From positions 1 to 54,255 of the forward strand of contig RGQW01000001.1 of NCBI GenBank assembly GCA_010029945.1: a DNA stretch of 54,255 nt, written 5' to 3'. The notes under the pieces are model-generated. The model searched no databases. It was not told where the DNA came from and saw only the letters and a list, made by a program, of their open reading frames with translations. This DNA is from Actinomycetota bacterium. GTDB taxonomy: Bacteria; Actinomycetota; Actinomycetes; S36-B12. Below are positions 53,323-54,255 of this stretch, in pieces (within the stretch, counting starts at the first letter, position 1; each line of letters opens with the position of its first letter). The translations under genes and the position numbers were made by a program.

Positions 53323-54255
53323 CTACGCCAGGGGGATTCTGATCCAGAAGGACGAACCCACCCCTGGACTGCTGGTGACCGCAGCGGCGCCCCCCATGCG
53401 TGAGGCGAGTCGATCGACAAGCGCCAGGCCCAGTCCGGTGCCGACGGGCCGCACACCGCGATATCGCTCGTGCAACGCGCCTGGCTCGAAGGCGACAGCA
53501 AGGTCGTCCTCGCTTAAACCAGGGCCGCTGTCCCGAACCTCAATGACGGCAAACGAGCCATCCGCGATCGCAGCGTCCGTATGGATCGCGAGATGAATCT
53601 GCGACCCCTGGGGAGAAACCCGTAGGGCGTTCTCCATCAGGTTGTCGATGATTTGGCGAAGGCGCATCGCATCCACGTGGACGTGGACGGGCCGCGCTGC
53701 TTCCGCGAGCGTCAAGGTGACACCATCGCGATCGCATCGAGTTCGCCACACCTCTGCTGCCTCGGTGAGGATCTCCCGAACGTCGACGTCGGTTGCATTG
53801 ACATGAAAGTCAGCGGCACCCAATCGCGCGAGGTCGAGAAGGTCGTGGACGAGTCGATCCAAACGACTCGCCTCGTGACCGATGGTCGCACCGACACTCG
53901 TCAGTTGCTCGGGGTCGAGGATGTCGTCGTTGAGGGCTTCCGCGTAACCCCTGATCGCCGTGAGTGGCGTTCGCAGCTCGTGAGAGACCGACAGCAAGAA
54001 CTCTCGTTGGCGACCTTCGGACGTCGCGAGGGCTGCGTTCAGGGCATTCAACGCCTCGGCGATATCCGCGACTTCCGCTGGCCCCCGCGGGGTGAGGCGC
54101 TCATCCCTTTCCCCGCCCGCCATGCGATGGGCGACTCCTTGGGCGTCGCGCAAAGGACGGGAGAGCCGTCGCGCGACAAGGTAAGCAATGCCGACGGAGA
54201 TAACCAAGCCCAGCGCCAGAGCGGCCGCAATTCGTGCGAGGAATTTCGTGCCGAG
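53323..54255 (-). CDS. HAMP-domain sensor histidine kinase (5'-partial)
   Basis: TM helix, HAMP, H-box SHELRTPL, N-box NLMENA, DSGPG, GTGLGL; the frame is open to the window end. Confidence 0.93.
   Translation of the reverse strand, partial: LGTKFLARIAAALALGLVISVGIAYLVARRLSRPLRDAQGVAHRMAGGERDERLTPRGPAEVADIAEALNALNAALATSEGRQREFLLSVSHELRTPLTAIRGYAEALNDDILDPEQLTSVGATIGHEASRLDRLVHDLLDLARLGAADFHVNATDVDVREILTEAAEVWRTRCDRDGVTLTLAEAARPVHVHVDAMRLRQIIDNLMENALRVSPQGSQIHLAIHTDAAIADGSFAVIEVRDSGPGLSEDDLAVAFEPGALHERYRGVRPVGTGLGLALVDRLASRMGGAAAVTSSPGVGSSFWIRIPLA

Overview
A high-GC chromosomal segment of an actinomycete (roughly 65% GC by eye), read almost entirely on the minus strand. It is mostly core housekeeping operons, in transcription order: partial sensor kinase, DUF2752, trpCBA, DsbA-like, lgt, gltBD, pyk, pyrRBC-(membrane protein)-carAB-pyrKDF, gmk, rpoZ, coaBC, metK, priA, def, fmt, rsmB, rpe, ribD-ribE-ribBA-ribH, hisEG, sseB, infC-rpmI-rplT, TrmH methylase, pheST, argCJ and a truncated argB. 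Three genes are on the plus strand: an inositol monophosphatase, a CynX-like MFS transporter and DUF1844. I found no rRNA, tRNA, CRISPR array, integrase or transposase. Best candidate for an undescribed system: a three-gene cassette between the TrmH gene and pheS. It has an uncharacterised 272-aa protein with an HxD...H...R Fe(II)/2-oxoglutarate oxygenase signature, then a NodP/proteobacterial-type cysD and a fused cysNC (sulfate to APS to PAPS). A long 5' hairpin precedes it, and no sulfotransferase or reductase is nearby. Other notable items: an abrupt junction near nt 158 fusing argB in frame to 44% GC phage-like DNA; a terminator/antiterminator leader and ATC start for infC; a nested structured leader before gltB; a PyrR-binding leader; pyrF with no nearby canonical start; mihF missing from its usual site; about 10 leaderless-type promoters; and several degenerate tandem repeats. 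All calls are from motif recognition by eye; no searches were run.
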